Source: Chiloscyllium plagiosum
Taxonomy: Eukaryota
NCBI RefSeq assembly: GCF_004010195.1
Contig: NC_057718.1
Location: 32,256,791-32,320,790, forward strand
Reading direction: 5' to 3'
DNA length: 64,000 nucleotides
Shown: piece after piece, positions 63,506 through 64,000 of the stretch
Layout of the letters: each line of letters starts with the position of its first letter
Numbering within the stretch: position 1 is the first letter of the stretch
Made by a program: the position numbers and the translations under genes
Notes under the pieces: generated by a model
Told to the model about the DNA's origin: nothing
The model's input: the letters and a program-made list of their open reading frames with translations, nothing else
The model's database searches: none

Positions 63506-63847
63506 GCATAACTGGTGGATCTGGGTTTAAACTAAATAGTGGGAAGGTGGTTCAGTTGCATGGTAAATTGTGGAAAATGTTAAAAGGGGGAGAGGGCAGC
63601 ACAAACATTATTAAAGAACAGGTAATCAGACAGAGAGTGTGAATGGTTCAGGAATCTAACTTCAGGCACAGCAGATAAGGGGACACCCATGAAAAGAGGG
63701 GCAGTCAACGCAGGACTGAAGATGTTGGACTGAAATGCACAGTATACAAAACAAGGTAAATGAGCAGGTAGCACAAATTGAGATTGACAGGTATGATGTT
63801 ATGGAGATCACAGAGACATGTTAAAGGGATCAGGGCTGGGAAATAAA

Positions 63848-64000
63848 TCATAGAATCCCTAGACTGAGGCCAATTGGCCCATTGAGTCTGCACCAACCCT
63901 CTGAAGAGCATCTCACCTAGACCCACACCCCATCCAATTCCTGTAGCCCTGCATTTTCCATGGCTTATCCATCTAGCCTGCATACTAAAGGACAATTTAG
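63848..64000 (-). mobile_element. HE1-type SINE 3' part, runs off the window; follows a plus-strand CR1 endonuclease remnant at ~63510-63845
   Basis: tcatagaatccct...ggcccattgagtctgcaccaaccctctgaagagcatc. Confidence 0.8.

Overview
Vertebrate non-coding DNA, most likely from a cartilaginous fish (inferred from HE1/V-SINE-type SINEs and abundant CR1 LINEs). It looks like a large intron or gene desert: I recognise no intact host gene, and nearly all ORF-track entries are transposon debris or chance ORFs. Contents: many CR1 fragments (one young RT/3' piece at 58352-59472), Penelope-like element (PLE) fragments, HE1-type and other tRNA-derived SINEs, Rex1/Babar tails, an internally deleted Gypsy LTR element (24682-29094), and a decayed PIF/Harbinger transposase nested in a CR1 (47724-50355). 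The most interesting signal is about ten short (110-280 bp) fold-back elements derived from PLE 3' ends. Most are bounded by 11-16 bp target-site duplications. The best-preserved copies have minimal hammerhead-ribozyme cores (CUGANGA-stemII-GAAA-CGUC) back-to-back at the palindrome centre, one per strand. Minimal hammerheads in PLEs are known; the TSD-bounded palindromic form is the part worth testing. Repeat family names come from my recall of motifs, not a database search, and boundaries of old repeats are approximate.
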